From Phoronis australis (taxonomy: Eukaryota; Animalia; Phoronida), in assembly GCA_002633005.1 (NCBI GenBank), contig NMRA01000201.1, positions 441,989-505,988 of the forward strand: a DNA stretch of 64,000 bases, read 5' to 3'. Position numbers and translations under genes: made by a program. The notes beneath the pieces were generated by a model. The model did no database searches and was not told the DNA's origin. It saw only the letters and a program-made list of their open reading frames with translations. Below, one piece after another: positions 1-18,089 of the stretch (position 1 is the first letter of the stretch; every line of letters starts with the position of its first letter).

Positions 1-325
1 CCCCCATTCGGTGCTCTGCGCATCTACAATCGTGGTTTGCGCAAATGCTTACGGCCGGACAAAATGTTGTCCCCCCCCTTGCGATATCCTAGATCCGCCA
101 CTGACTAGGACCGGTAGCGGATGAGGGGGGAGGTGAGAGGTGAATCCGGCGTGTTCCCTTTTTTTTGTTTTTCTTCTTTATTAGTCCACCGATAGCTCTG
201 AAGTTCTGAAGGGAAGCTCAATATTAGGGCCCCCGCAACTTTGTGCACATACAATCTCGCTTTGCCCAATTCCCCGAGGCAACATGTTGGAATCCCCCTA
301 ATTATGGTATCCTAGATCGCCACTG
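1..325. mobile_element. Two adjacent copies/fragments of the CAGTGGCGGATC-TIR MITE family
   Basis: Right ends are cctagatccgccactg (about 88-103) and cctagatcgccactg (about 311-325). Internal sequence is shared with 9030..9336. Confidence 0.7.
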
Positions 326-360
326 AGAAGCCAAGATTGCAAGGGGAACTTCAAGCCTCG

Positions 361-415
361 TCCTCAAGATGGCGCTGATCAATGGTATAGTTGTAAATAC
401 GGGCATGCGCATACA
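361..415 (+). promoter_or_regulatory. Putative housekeeping promoter of TMEM258 (YY1-like and NRF1-like sites)
   Basis: CAAGATGGCG (365-374) and GCATGCGCA (about 403-411) lie within 80 nt upstream of the ATG exon. Confidence 0.45.
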
Positions 416-438
416 TTCTTCCCGTTTTCACATTCAAA

Positions 439-5281
<4,843 letters not shown>

Positions 5282-7748
5282 GATTGAGGTACCTCATTTC
5301 ATATGTTGTTGCGTTGTTTTAAGGTTACAGACTTGGAATCATGCCATGAAAAGGTGCTTTGCACGATTGTTGAGGTTTTGCAAGCGCGGTACCAAATTAC
5401 TTCTACTACACAGAGTCGGGGTGTGCTTCTGGCGAGTGACGTGTTACTGGTAGAGCTGCAAAGTTGAAACATACAGCCTGTATAGTACCCTGTGAGATAC
5501 GGACATGCTCAGCAGAGATCATGCGAGGACTTCGAAGGGAACGAACACACAGAGACTACTCATTTGAGCATAATTCTTTGCTTTTAAGTATTGTTATTTG
5601 AAATATTGGTGACTTTTTGATATCTTTGTCCCAAATCTGGATGCCTGGCTTGCGAAACTCACGCCTTTCACTGGCATGATTCAACATAGGGTTGCTTTTT
5701 GACAAGTTTTTTACAGTACGCATCCAGTGCTCGGTATGTTGACTGGTTGCAGCATGGTCCTGAGGTTTGTTTTCTTGCCATATAGCTAGACTTCTATCAA
5801 GGAGACAAGAGTACGTATGTTGCACCCCCTAGTGGCCTTTTTATTTTGTGCATTGCCTACATGATGCTAATTCTAAAACTTCCATAGACGTTTAAAATTT
5901 ACAGCGCAATCATAGCATTTCAACGCTTAACATTGCTTCTGTTACCTCTTACTGGATAGACTGGTGCACGGTTAGTTCCACTTTTTAATTGAATGTTTCT
6001 TTTGTGTTCCAGGTTTCAACAAAATTGAGGACAACTTCACTTATAAAGATTTGACAGGAGAATGGATGGGAGGTCTTGACCAATGAGAACGCGAATATGG
6101 TGGCACTGCAATCGAGAAATTTTGGACCTGTCCAACTACGTTTTGTTGAAACTGAACAATCGTGTCTCTGTCGAACAATTTGACTGGACTTGAGAACATT
6201 TGTACACAGGAGCTGGGGGGATACTGGATGTTGAATGTTTTTATTTTATGCAGTTATAATATAATTTGCATATCTGTTAACTTAATGACTAATGTTTTCA
6301 TGTGCCCATTTATACATTATGTGGGTGCGTATTGTCGTCATCTCTGTGTGGGCGTCCAGAGTCTGCTGCTGTATCTCCTAAACCCCTTGCATCCTACGAA
6401 GCTGCCGGCAAACGACATTGAGTTTTGGACTGATCCGACTACCGTTGTGCCCCCTAATGGCAATTTTAGTTTTTACGTTCACCTCTATATCTTGGAGTTG
6501 CTTGATGGATTTTCATGTAATAATGTAATAGGTGTGTATGAATGAGACGACTTCTTCCCAATGTGGTATGGAACTGACATTTTGTGCCACATGGGGGCCA
6601 TTTGTATTATTTAGGAGTCCATTTTGTGACATCAGCATCTGTTGGGAAAAATTGAGAGATGTGTTTCTTCAAAGAAGACTGGCCGACTTTCTGACTACTG
6701 CTGTACCTTCTATTGGAAATTTTAATTTTGCTGGTTTACCTGTGTGTATTTAAAGTTCCCTGATGGGTTTTCATCAGATTAGACAGATTTCTGATTAGGA
6801 GGTGACTTTCGTACTCCCATTTTCAAGTGAATTCAACTCTTTCTGTACCATGTAGTGGTCATTTTGTTATTTATGATTGTTTTTGTTGGACTACTGGGCG
6901 TCCCCTTAGTGACATTTTTTGCATCTCGGCTTCATGCAGGGGAGTTCGTGAAATATGACATGGGCGTTCTTATGAAGGTGGCAACAGAGGACAACTTCTT
7001 TGGGACCAATCGGACTCCAAAATGTGACTCACGGTGGCAATTCTGTTTTTTATGTTTGCGGCTGGATAGATTTGGCAAATACGTGTCTGTTGGATGAAGA
7101 TGCTCTAAGTCCATGTGCTTGTAGTGGCAAACAAAGGTTTCCGCCATTTTTGGAGTGCATGTAAACCGCAACGGACAACTACTGAAATGAATCAGATGGT
7201 TGACACAAACAAATTCTGAAAATATCTTGGAAGAGAGTACCCACACCCCCGGCGGGATGCTCCGTCTTCCATGGTCTCCCACTTGGCCATCAAGTATCTG
7301 CGCCCATACCTTCGGGAAGCTCCTTAAACCTACGTGCATTTGATTAGGAATTTAAAAAAATCTTGCCACTCCACAATTGCTGCAGCAGAAGCCAAACTTG
7401 GGTGAAACCAATAGTGCTTAGAACTAAGATAAGGGATGCAGTTCGGAAAATCTATCACCCCACTCCTAAATTGCAAAGACGTGCACTAGATGATTTTTGC
7501 TAATCTGGAATCAGGTTCTAAAGAATTTGCGTTTCTCTGAAATTTGGGGGGAAATTCGGTTAGTTCGAATTTTTGAGAATGAGGACCTTTTGTTCAGAGT
7601 TATGAATTGTGCATTCACCTAATTTTGGTAGTTTCTGCTCTTCTAGTGGACTTTTGTCTCGTTCTCTACTTTTTTCGGAGTTTTTGTTTCTCCGAGGCGG
7701 ACCTTTGTGCCTACGTCGTCAAGTGGGGGTGGGGGGGGGGGCTCGTTC

Positions 7749-7929
7749 AAGCACCCCTGGGTCCGCGCATGAAAAGCATAATCCAAGTAAAATATACCGC
7801 AGTTCAATTTTCTTACGTCACTCTTATACTCCGTAAATNAAGCACCCCTGGGTCCGCGCTTGAAAAGCATAATCCAAGTAAAATATACCGCAGTTCAATT
7901 TTCTTACGTCACTCTTATACTCCGTAAAT
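7749..7929. other. Direct duplication flanking single N (7839); probable assembly artefact
   Basis: Near-identical copies of about 90 bp lie on either side of the N. Confidence 0.8.
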
Positions 7930-9029
7930 CGTAATTTGGTAGTAGACCGGCATATTTTTGACACACTTAAAAAATGAATTTCGTAAAAATACGCCCCTAA
8001 GTTCGAAATCGTACCCTAAACGCACAACGCGCGTCAAAAAACTAACCTTTTCTTGTGACATTTTGTTGAAAGATGGTTTCCAAATACCTGGTGTATCTGT
8101 CTCCTTGGGGGTTTGCCGCCCATACACCAAAATACACTCGCCTATATTGGGGTGCGAAATTGGCGGAAGTCCAGGTGGTGGATGCAGTGTCGCCACAGGG
8201 AACAACCGGGGGAGGGCAAAGTTTGCCGAAGTCGAGTTACTTATGTTGTTCTAACCTCCCAATAATATCTACCTTTACGCACCCGCAACTCAGTATGCCA
8301 TATAAATGTTAGCATTCATGACAACAACAATCCTAATAGTAATAAATAAGAACAATGATCGATATGGGTCACTGAGCAGCACTGTGATATCCCTAGCTGG
8401 ACAAAAATTCATTTCCATGACTGACCTGGACGTCTGAGGCCCAAACCCCATCATTCGCCACGTCATAATTTCCAAAGGAGGGGGGGGGGGGTAATGCCGC
8501 GGCGACCCTGTGAGTGGTGATCCCTAAGATAAACGGATAAAAAACGAAAAAGTGACTACTGATTCAGTCCGAAAGGAGAATTACAAGTACATTACATTTC
8601 ACAAAACCAGGTAGGCCTACTCGAGAGGTCATTTCGCTCTCCTTCCCAGTGTCCCTTCAAACAAAGGATAGGCCTTTATCACTTCGAATCTTGCAGTCTT
8701 TGTGCCGTTAGTCGGTGACTCATACATCATTACAAATTTATTACATTTTAATGCATTTATTGATCATTAATTTCTTCAATAAATCCATTTCAACCAGCTG
8801 ATTCCATTAACAATCAAGGCACATTTTCCATTAATAAAACTGGCACTAAAACAAGTTTTATTGGTCATTTGCTGTAATTTTTACGCGAGCATCACAGCGG
8901 TCTACTACAACTCAAAAAGGGGAATGATATGTCAACTGTAGAATCCACTCGTATATACCGAAAGAGTCAATATGTAATTTCTCCCCGCCAGTGACACCGA
9001 CTCGTTCTTTTCAGGGCACCTATAGCTTC

Positions 9030-9336
9030 CATAGGCGGATCTAGGGGGGCAGGGGGCCTGCCCCCCTTGACTGCCACAAGCAAAATGAAACAGCAACAGC
9101 GCGAAGCGTGAGGAAATACGGAGTTCAGGAGCTAGGAGTAGGAGCGGACGAGGAGAGGGGCTGAGACGCGGAAACGCGTTCCCGTTTTTTTTTTCGTCCA
9201 CCGATAGATTTTCTGGACAGAAGGTCTACATCCTCGCCCCCTCCGCAACTTTCGGGCCGCCTGTGCCCATACAATCGCGCTTTGCCCAATTCCCGAGGAT
9301 GTTGCCCCCCCTTATGGTATCCTAGATCCGCCACTG
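9030..9336. mobile_element. MITE with CAGTGGCGGATCTAG-type TIRs and 6-bp TSD
   Basis: agcttc|cataggcggatctagg...cctagatccgccactg|agcttc. Confidence 0.8.
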
Positions 9337-9955
9337 AGCTTCTTATACTCAAGCGCAAAACTCTTCTCTCAAGCACGTTATTCTCTCACAGACGCACATC
9401 CTCCAAACCCGCACTACTTTTGTTGTCGCGACCACGGAGAGACCAATCCTGCTCGTGCACATTATTTCTTGACCGCCCCGCTACAGGCGGTGACGCATAT
9501 TTCGCACATTTTCGAACCGACCTGGTGAACTGTTTTCGTGTTATTTCACAGGATTTCTGTTTCGTTTTTTCAATAAATTATTTAAATACCGTAAACTCAA
9601 ATAGAAGTTGTATTTTTTCACTACACGCTGTGAATGTTATGCAGTTTATGAAATCTCGTTAAAAATTATCGAAACCATATCAATGCTGAGTGGGTTTGAG
9701 TTTGGCATAAGTCGGGGCGCTGGGCAAGTGGTCTAAATAAAAAATAATTGTAAAAACTGCCTTCAAGTTCACGAAGATGTTAGATATGCATTTATTGGCC
9801 ATAATTTGGTCTAATACAGCACAAAACAATACAATCATGAGTAGATTAGCACAGACGGAGCACGACAAAGCGACTAATCTTGACAGTACACATATTAAGT
9901 AATTTGTTCCTGGTGTGCTCAACAAGTAATAAACTGTGGAACCAGTGGGGATCTG

Positions 9956-10115
9956 CAGGGGCGGATCCAGGATTTTGAGTATGGGGCGGGCAGGGCACAT
10001 AGCCCAGGACTGTTCTCTACAGACAAGGCGCACCCCGAACTGTCGACTGGAATCTGGGAGAATTTTAGGAGGGGGGGGGCATGGCCCACTTGGCCCCCTT
10101 CTAAATCCGCGACTG
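9956..10115. mobile_element. MITE, same TIR family
   Basis: atctg|caggggcggatccagg...ctaaatccgcgactg|atgtg. Confidence 0.7.
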
Positions 10116-13100
10116 ATGTGGAAATTCCGCTTGGGGCACCCCAGTAACACGTGTTGCGAGATTCAAAAAGTCGGGAACCCTGTTCCCTATATAAATCATC
10201 CTGCAACCGGGACACAGGCTCTCAGGCACAATTGGGAACACTGAACCCAAGTTCTCAGTCGCTTGTTCTAGGGCCTTGCCTACAAGATGTATACAAGCGA
10301 CTTGATGAGACAGTGACCGGTGGAGGTTTCTCCGCAGCTATACACCTTATTCAGCTGTCGCCATTTTAGCATTGAGCCTCTTTTTAAAAAAATGCATGCA
10401 TTTGAGACATAAATATAACGAGGCACGCGGAAAAAGTCACGCTTTGCGCTTTGATCAAGTGCAGAATGCATTGTTTTTGAAACCTAAAAAGAGGCTCACT
10501 TTGGCGACGAATATCTGTGAGGCTCTGTACAGTTAGTTACCCAACCCCGCTCTGCCTGTCCTCACCATATTTTTCATCTTGAAGACCCTGGCAAATCCGG
10601 CCTGCACCCATGATTTGTGGATGTGAGACTTTGTTTAATAAAGCACTGCAATTCCCATTGATTGCAATTGAAAAGTCGCCCAGTGTTCACTTTTCTCTAG
10701 GCGCGTGCGCCTACGCGTGCAACACCACTCAGTAGACCGAGATTTACAGCTGGAATAATTCCGCTGCATGCGCCGCCTGGCGAACAGGTAAGGACTGAAA
10801 CTAGATCTAGCATCCAATCAAATCGTGATTATAGTCCAGACCCTGTGACATTCATGGTGGCTATTATTTAGGTCAGCCATTGTGTAGACATTCACATTGT
10901 AATGAGACTGAGTCATTTATCACTCTTCGCTCAGGTATTCAATTCAGCCATCTTGAACCTTGCGTTCATTCATGACTCGGTCATGGCTTAGTCAGGTGTG
11001 ATGTCGCAAGCTCGACCGCTGTCGCCACGCAGAGCGAGGCTAAAGGTTTTCGGGATGCGACTTTGCAGCGAGCAAATACGAGATGTAACGTGTACGACTA
11101 CTTGAGGAATACACCAGATCGAGGAACCCGGTCCAACCGCTTTGGACCCGCTACAACTACGTGTACGTACGGTAGGAAGTTTATAGTGGGAAGGATCTCG
11201 TACCGGGGAATGCACATTGGCTGTTGTCTTAACCACGCCCAAGACCTACAGTAGTTCTGGTAAATTCTATTGTGTGATTGCAAGTCATTGACGTTTAGTC
11301 ATGGCCTTTCTTATCTTTTATAATCCGTCACTGTTCCATAATATACGTGAAATCCTCCAATTTACTGCCGTTATCAAGTGGTGTGTGTATTCTCCATGGT
11401 CCTCGTGAACCCAATAAGCCAAATTATCAGTTTGTGTATTGCTCAATCAGCGCAACTGTATTTGGAAGTTAAACACGTATTTTGAGGATTCCAAGTTCGA
11501 GGCGACCTTTACTACGCTTTTCTGGCCTTATATAGACGTCACATCTGGCGTGGAGACTACAATTTCAGTGATTAAAATACCGTTAAATTTGTTTAAAGCC
11601 GTTTGTTTGACCCGTCTATCAAAAATAACTTTCGGTTTTAGCAGTAATTAATTGTTCTGTAATTGTTCCTTGCTCAGAAGTAAATAAACCTACTGCGCTT
11701 GGAAAGAATTAGTATTGCGTTATTGCTCGAGACCGGGGTCAATAAGTTGGGTTGACCTGGCGTCAACTTACGCGCCAATGATGTCCCCGAGCAAAGGAAG
11801 TTTTGCCCAAACCCGAAGAGCAATGTGAGAAGAAACTGCAAGTAGTTTAAATTAAAACTCGGCCAGTTTTGCATAAGACAAAGTCGCAGCCTTATGCCAA
11901 ACGCATTAAAATTGTATTCTTTTTATGGAAAATGGTGTAAAATTTTATGGTAATAATTACCGGTGAAAAGTAAATGTCACGCTTGAATTAGAGATCGTGA
12001 TCTTAAGTTATTCCAACCCACGATTGTACCTGAACCTTCATAGCTTAGAATCTAGCATTGCGTTCAAACAACTTTCCTCGTATTTATGAACACAATACTT
12101 CATGCCCTTGAGATACAGGTGATAACGTGCGGGACATCATTGGTGAGAAAACACACGTCACATTTCCTGGAAGTAAAAAGCGAACACAGAGGTGAAGCAA
12201 TTTTCCGGTGAACGGGTTAAGCAAAGGTCAGAACGAGATGGATGAAGAAAATGGGTGCAGACAAGTTAGCAGTTCCCACCTGTCAGATCTCTTAAACGAC
12301 GCCACGATTAACATATATAAATCTACATTAATATTGCTTGCCTAGCGTAGAACTCTTGCTATATGTTGACCAAATGTAAAATGGAAAGATTTATAAAATT
12401 AAGATTAACGGTGCACTTATCATACTAAACAAAGTGTTTTTAAGCCATGACATCCCATGATAAACTATGCAAATTTGACTGAGTGGCACTGACTTCATAA
12501 ATCAAGGCGGATAACGCAGGGTCGAATCCTAAAGGCCACGAAACCAGTACGTCATGTCTCTTTTTGACGTTGTTGATTGTAATCCATTTTGAGCATAACA
12601 CGCTTCAGAGCTTCTGTTTGGACGCCTTGTGCGTTTGGATACACTACATAAAAAGACCGTTCGATTTTCTTGGACCTTCGTGTATCACCATGACATTAGT
12701 CATTTCTACTGAGGGTTGGACCCGCATTTTATGTGGTCGACATTAGTCCACGCGTCTCCGTACACGACCCGGAATGCAATGGCGTACGTAATGAGTGTCA
12801 TCCTGAATCGGTTCTATTGTACGCGAACAATAAATTTGATGTATGTGAAATACTGCGCATAGTGGTGGCTATAGATTATTAATGAATGCGTGGGAGCCGT
12901 AGGCCTATTGTAAACCCCTGCTGTTGACGTAGGTAAAGCTTGTCGTGGCATTTCCCCAGAATTAAAAGAAATGGTGGAATTTTTTTGTAAGAGGGTACAA
13001 ACCCACCTTCCGTCCAAAAGGACACTTCTGAGTTGGCTTTTTTCTTAACAGTTTAACAAATGTTCTCAGCCTTTTCATTACTAATCTTCAAAGTGATTCC

Positions 13101-13767
13101 TGGGCTCTGAAAGTAAATTACAGACAATTCGTTATTTCCTTAGTACTGGCACACTATAAATCGAGACCAATTTTTATTTATGTTATCGAACTGCCTTTCC
13201 GGGTTGAATATTGTAGCTTTTCAGCTCACTAAAGCGGCCTGACCAACAGAGTTTTAAAACGAGGGGAAGGATCTTCAAAAATGAATTGAGCAATCTATGA
13301 CCCGTCTACCTTTAGTAATGCTATGCTTTTGTAGTGTGTAAAATTGTGCACTGTCACACGAGACCCCAGTTAAGTTAAACTCCGGGCTACATTGGCAGAC
13401 AATGGAGCTTTGTGTTGTGCCAACACGAATCCTATACACTGCAGACGTCACTATTATCTCCTCTACGAGACTTCACCTACATGTATAAAAACACCGACTG
13501 TCTTGGTGAAGACCCTGGCGGATCCCAGATGTTACGAAGGCCGAACCCATCCACACATTCCGAAAGAAAATGTTCGCGTAACCCATACAATGGTGACCCA
13601 CTGTCCCACTACACATGCCTATATATGGTACTGAGGCAAGGATTGGATTTATGGGATTTCATAATCCATAAAATTTAGGAACACCGGCCATTTTACATAG
13701 AGTGGGAGTTCCATGTCTTTGGGCGCACGTGAAAGCGAATATTTCCATTGTGTTTTCGAGTCGTTAG

Positions 13768-14086
13768 CAGTGGCGGATCTAAGATACCATAAGGGGGGGC
13801 AACACTTTGTCTCGGGCAATCGCGTAAAGCATGCGCGCCCCCAGCCTGAAGTGAAGGAGGGCTTGGACTTCTGAGAGTGTGGACCTCCTTGCTGAAATGC
13901 AACCGCACGACTAAAACAGGGAAACGCTTTCTGCACCTTGTTTCGGCCTCTTCGTCATTACCAGGGTTAATTTGTAAACTCAATATTTACTCACGCTCTC
14001 TCTGTCTGCTGTCTTCCTGTTTTATTTTTGGCGGCTGCCAAGGGGGGGGGGGGCGGGGACCCGCCTCTCCCCTAAATCCGCTTGTG
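13768..14086. mobile_element. MITE, same TIR family, 5-bp TSD
   Basis: gttag|cagtggcggatctaag...ctaaatccgcttgtg|gttag. It is in inverted orientation relative to 9030..9336. Confidence 0.75.
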
Positions 14087-16797
14087 GTTAGTAGCGTAAT
14101 ATAGCAAAATGATAGCCTCTGGAGTGATTGAGGATTTTAGCCGCAAGTAAAAACTTCCTTGTGTCTTCGGAATGCAGCTCAGGATTTCTCATTTAGGAAG
14201 GTCACTATCCAGAACAAGTATCCAGCTGGTCATCAATCCCATGGTAATCCTATGGTGTGAACAGTGGCGTCACGTATGGGAGGGAAAACTACTCAGGCAT
14301 CGTGAGATTAGGAAAACGTATTTATTATGTGGGGAATACGCCAAGTCCTATACGCATAACATAAAAGTCACTCCACCGTTACGTGTGGAAGGGAATAGAT
14401 GAGATTCTCGATATATTTAGTTACGATAACTGCGATTTTCAACGGATTTTATTGTTTTAAATTAGACAATGTAGCTCTGGTCCGAGCTTATGACATCAAG
14501 CACTCTCTTCCCATTCGGGAATTTATTAATACCCAAAAACCAGTAAAATCTCTCCCTCCAAAATCCTGACATCAGTAATTGAAGGAAGTTTACTTACTTC
14601 GTAAATTCTTATTATAAGGCGCATTCCAGCAATACTATCTCGGCCCAAGCACAAACATAAAATACGTTTTTATTGAACGGAATTTTGTCTGCTCAACAAG
14701 AAGGACATTATGTCATGTCTGCCAATGAACGCACGCTCGGCTAAAGCAACAATGGCGGTTTTGTGGGTCGTTGAATATTTTTGACGATCAACTTTATCTT
14801 GACGCACTTGCAATAATAACCCCAAAAGCGTAACAAGAAACTACGTCCATTCAAAACCAACGTGTGTGAAAATTTGAGAAGATCCTTTCCAAAGCTTTTA
14901 TGACAATGAGTGCGTGAAGCCTTGTTTGTATCGAGTCTGCCTTGTCCAGCAATTTTATCCCAGTGCAGTCCTACACATTGGGACCGGCATATTACTCCTA
15001 GGTTGTTTTTACCGTAGCCTTGCATTGTAACATGACCAAAACTGTCGGCAAAATAGCCTATAGCTTTATTTTATCAAGGCACCTAGATTTCCCTTCTCGC
15101 TCACACTATTCTTCTCACGCGCACACACATTCACCTTCCTGTACTAGGCCTACTTTTTGCGTCGGGCGATCATATTTTTGGTCCCACAAATGGAAACCAA
15201 AACAAACCAAGTATTCACATATTTACACTTTTCGTTAAAGATAACATGAAAATTCTTTGAATTTACTTCGCGCTCAGTTACACTTGTCGATGGTCTTCGT
15301 ATGCTGCGACCTCATGAACGCCAGTAGTGGTAAAAGTGTTGATAATTTTCGTATTATTTTATGAGAGACAGATAATTTATATTTGAATTTACGAAATTCA
15401 ACTAATTTATTGAAAATAAATCATGAAACAGCTACAAAAAGAGTGCTGCAGGACGATCGACCGGTTTTTCCGTGAACGGAAAAGTGGCACCGGGGGCTGG
15501 AAATACTGCGCAGGAACAGTGTTGTTTCGTCCACGACCAAAGAAATGTCCCCGAGACGCGAAAAGTGGGTCGGCAGGGCGAATATGCATCTTTGAGAAGG
15601 TAACAGGGTTTGTGAAAGATTTTTTGCGCTGGCAGGTCCGAGTAGCGGGTAGGCAGGGAAGCATAGGCGCTTTAATATTTATGTCCTGACAAATCATAGT
15701 AATTAAAGCAGCTATAACCCGCCTTAGGTCACAAAAAGCAAGTTTTCGTTTAGAAGACATACCGTTAAGAAAGTGGTCTAAGATTCTTCCTTATCAAATA
15801 GGATGTAATTTTTATGCTCGGAAAGAACAAGGAGGTCGTAATCGCTGGAAACCAGAGTCCACAAATTGACTTGTCACAACGTGTCATTTTATCCGCCGAG
15901 CATGGTCTCAAGCAATAGCGGTCATTGTCTGATCTTTGCTTGACCAATACTCACTTCTCAACTGAATAAGAAACAAACTGAGACCGATCATTACTCTCGA
16001 CGGAACGCGGGTTTAGAACAGATCTCGGAAAGTCCGCGAGTGTAGTCGAGCGGTGCAAAAGCCCTTTGAACGAACGTATGTAACCTCGTGGGATCGCAGC
16101 ACGCTTTCAATAGTCGCAAGATTTCGATTCCAGTGACCACTGAAAACTGCTTTGAAACGATTGCTAGATTGGTCGTGCGACTGCTTTAAAACCCAGTCTC
16201 GAATGACCATGGCTTTTTGCCTCGGTGGCGGAAGGCGACATAGAATAGCACAAGATTATTCGTTTTCTTTTGCACCCGCGGATTCTTCCGACTGAATTGA
16301 TTCTCTAGAGATGGAACAACTAATATGATTCAATTTGCAAAATGCACCTGCCTGGGACAATGTTTCCCGCAACTATGATGAAAAATATTAACCACCAGTC
16401 GTACAGTATGTCCAAGTGCCAAGCGAAAATGCAACATGGCGTGACAATCAGGCCATCAACATTCGCGTAGATAATCAGATCTAATTAAGGCTATTATTCA
16501 TAAGCGGGCAAGTTTTCGACAAGATGAAAGACATATCGCAACATACATTGTGCTCGGCCAGCAGTTAATACTGTTCATAGCATTGTTTCAAGAGCATTCC
16601 GTGTTGATTCTGCTGCATATACTTATAATATCATTTCCAGGGCTCCACGGCGTGGTAACAATTAGGGATCCGCATGGAGGACGGTCGTCAACTGGCGGAC
16701 ACCACACAGCCAGGCGTCACCAGTAAGGAAGCATTTCAAGTTAACGTCCAAATGATATTTTGACTAAGGAATAGTTATTGCTTAAGTGTACCCTTGC

Positions 16798-16987
16798 GGC
16801 CCGTTTTATCAAAAGTCGTAGACCTTCGCCCTCGACGTATGCCCGACCGTAGGCCTATACACGGCCGTAACTTATAGGTTACACGGCCGTGATTGTAACT
16901 TACGGACACTGCTTTTGTCTGGAAAGTGAAACGTACATGTAGGACCAACGTGTCCGAAACTTCATCAACATATTGATAAAACGGGCC
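16798..16987. mobile_element. Short MITE with perfect 15-bp TIRs (PIF/Harbinger-like ends)
   Basis: ggcccgttttatcaa ... ttgataaaacgggcc. Confidence 0.7.
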
Positions 16988-17702
16988 TGGACAACTCCGA
17001 GTGACGCATTACGTCACCGCAATTGTCAAACAAGGCAATATGTAAGGGGCATTTAGCAAATAATATATCGCATTAAACGGTAATGCCTACTGGTGATAAA
17101 GTTCACCTGTCATTCCCATACAAATGGAAACGCAATTCATAGGTACATTGTGTTCCTAAGTCACGCAAGTCCTCGCGGGATATCGCCATGCATTTTAATG
17201 AAACGAAAAGAACGAAATCGTAATGGCTTTCACTTGCCAGTGTTTTGCTGGCTACGCTTGCCACCTTCAACGAGGCTAGTTTACAATCCTTGGCACTGGC
17301 GGAATAATCACGTGATTCGAACGGTGATGTTCTCCTAGTGCCAACCATTGTATTCTACACAACCATTGGGTTAATGCAACTGGACAGTTGTGATCCTTTT
17401 CAAGCGCCCACATTCATGTGTGTGGTCGCATATTGTCGTCGTCTTCACGTACGGGCGTAAGGGCTTCCTATTGTACGAGTGCCCGCTCCGTATTTCAAAA
17501 ACCCTGGTCAGAACTTGATGAAAGTTGCAACAAAGGTGAAGGTTACCACTACGACAGTGCATGCCACTTTTCAAAAATTTCCTCGTTCCGATAGCAACCG
17601 AGCGGCTTTTTCAATAATTTTTGGGCAGAACATTTCGGGATATCTGGAGAACCGATTTCAACGAAATTTGATACAATGGTGCTTGGCTGCATTCTACTGG
17701 CA

Positions 17703-18089
17703 CCAGGGCCTAAGTCTAATCCCTTAACAGAAAGAAATCAGAACTGGAAAATATTCGTTCTAGACACCTTTTAAAACGAACTCAAGATAATTATCTGTTA
17801 TTCTGTGTTGGAGTATGTTTCGGACTACTCAAATGAGTGCATAGTCCAAAACTCGCACATGATGACACCTTCGACTCGAGCTAGAAAACTCCAGTCAAAA
17901 CTCCAGATTTGACTTCAAACTCGGAATTCATGACTTTATTGCTGGGGTCATTAAGTGCAAAATAGGAACTGTACGTAAACCATAATGTACTTGAGCACAG
18001 AATAATATTACACGGATTTCGTGCGAACTAAAATAGAATAGATATTAATTTTTTTCGAGGTCGATTTCGAGTGAAAAGATTAGACCCCG
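17703..18089. repeat. Degenerate palindromic MITE-like repeat, homologous to 20129..20676
   Basis: The end ttcgagtgaaaagattagaccccgg is the approximate reverse complement of ccggggttctaatcctttttactc at 20130. Both share the ataatgta.t.gagcacag motif. Confidence 0.5.

Noticed and set aside
5676-5763. Box C/D snoRNA candidate (ATGATTC...CTGA) in the TMEM258 3' region
   Set aside because: Box C is imperfect, there is no terminal stem, and no rRNA-complementary guide is recognisable.
12478-12535. tRNA or tRNA-SINE (GGTCGAATCC B-box-like)
   Set aside because: There is no cloverleaf. At most it is a decayed SINE head.
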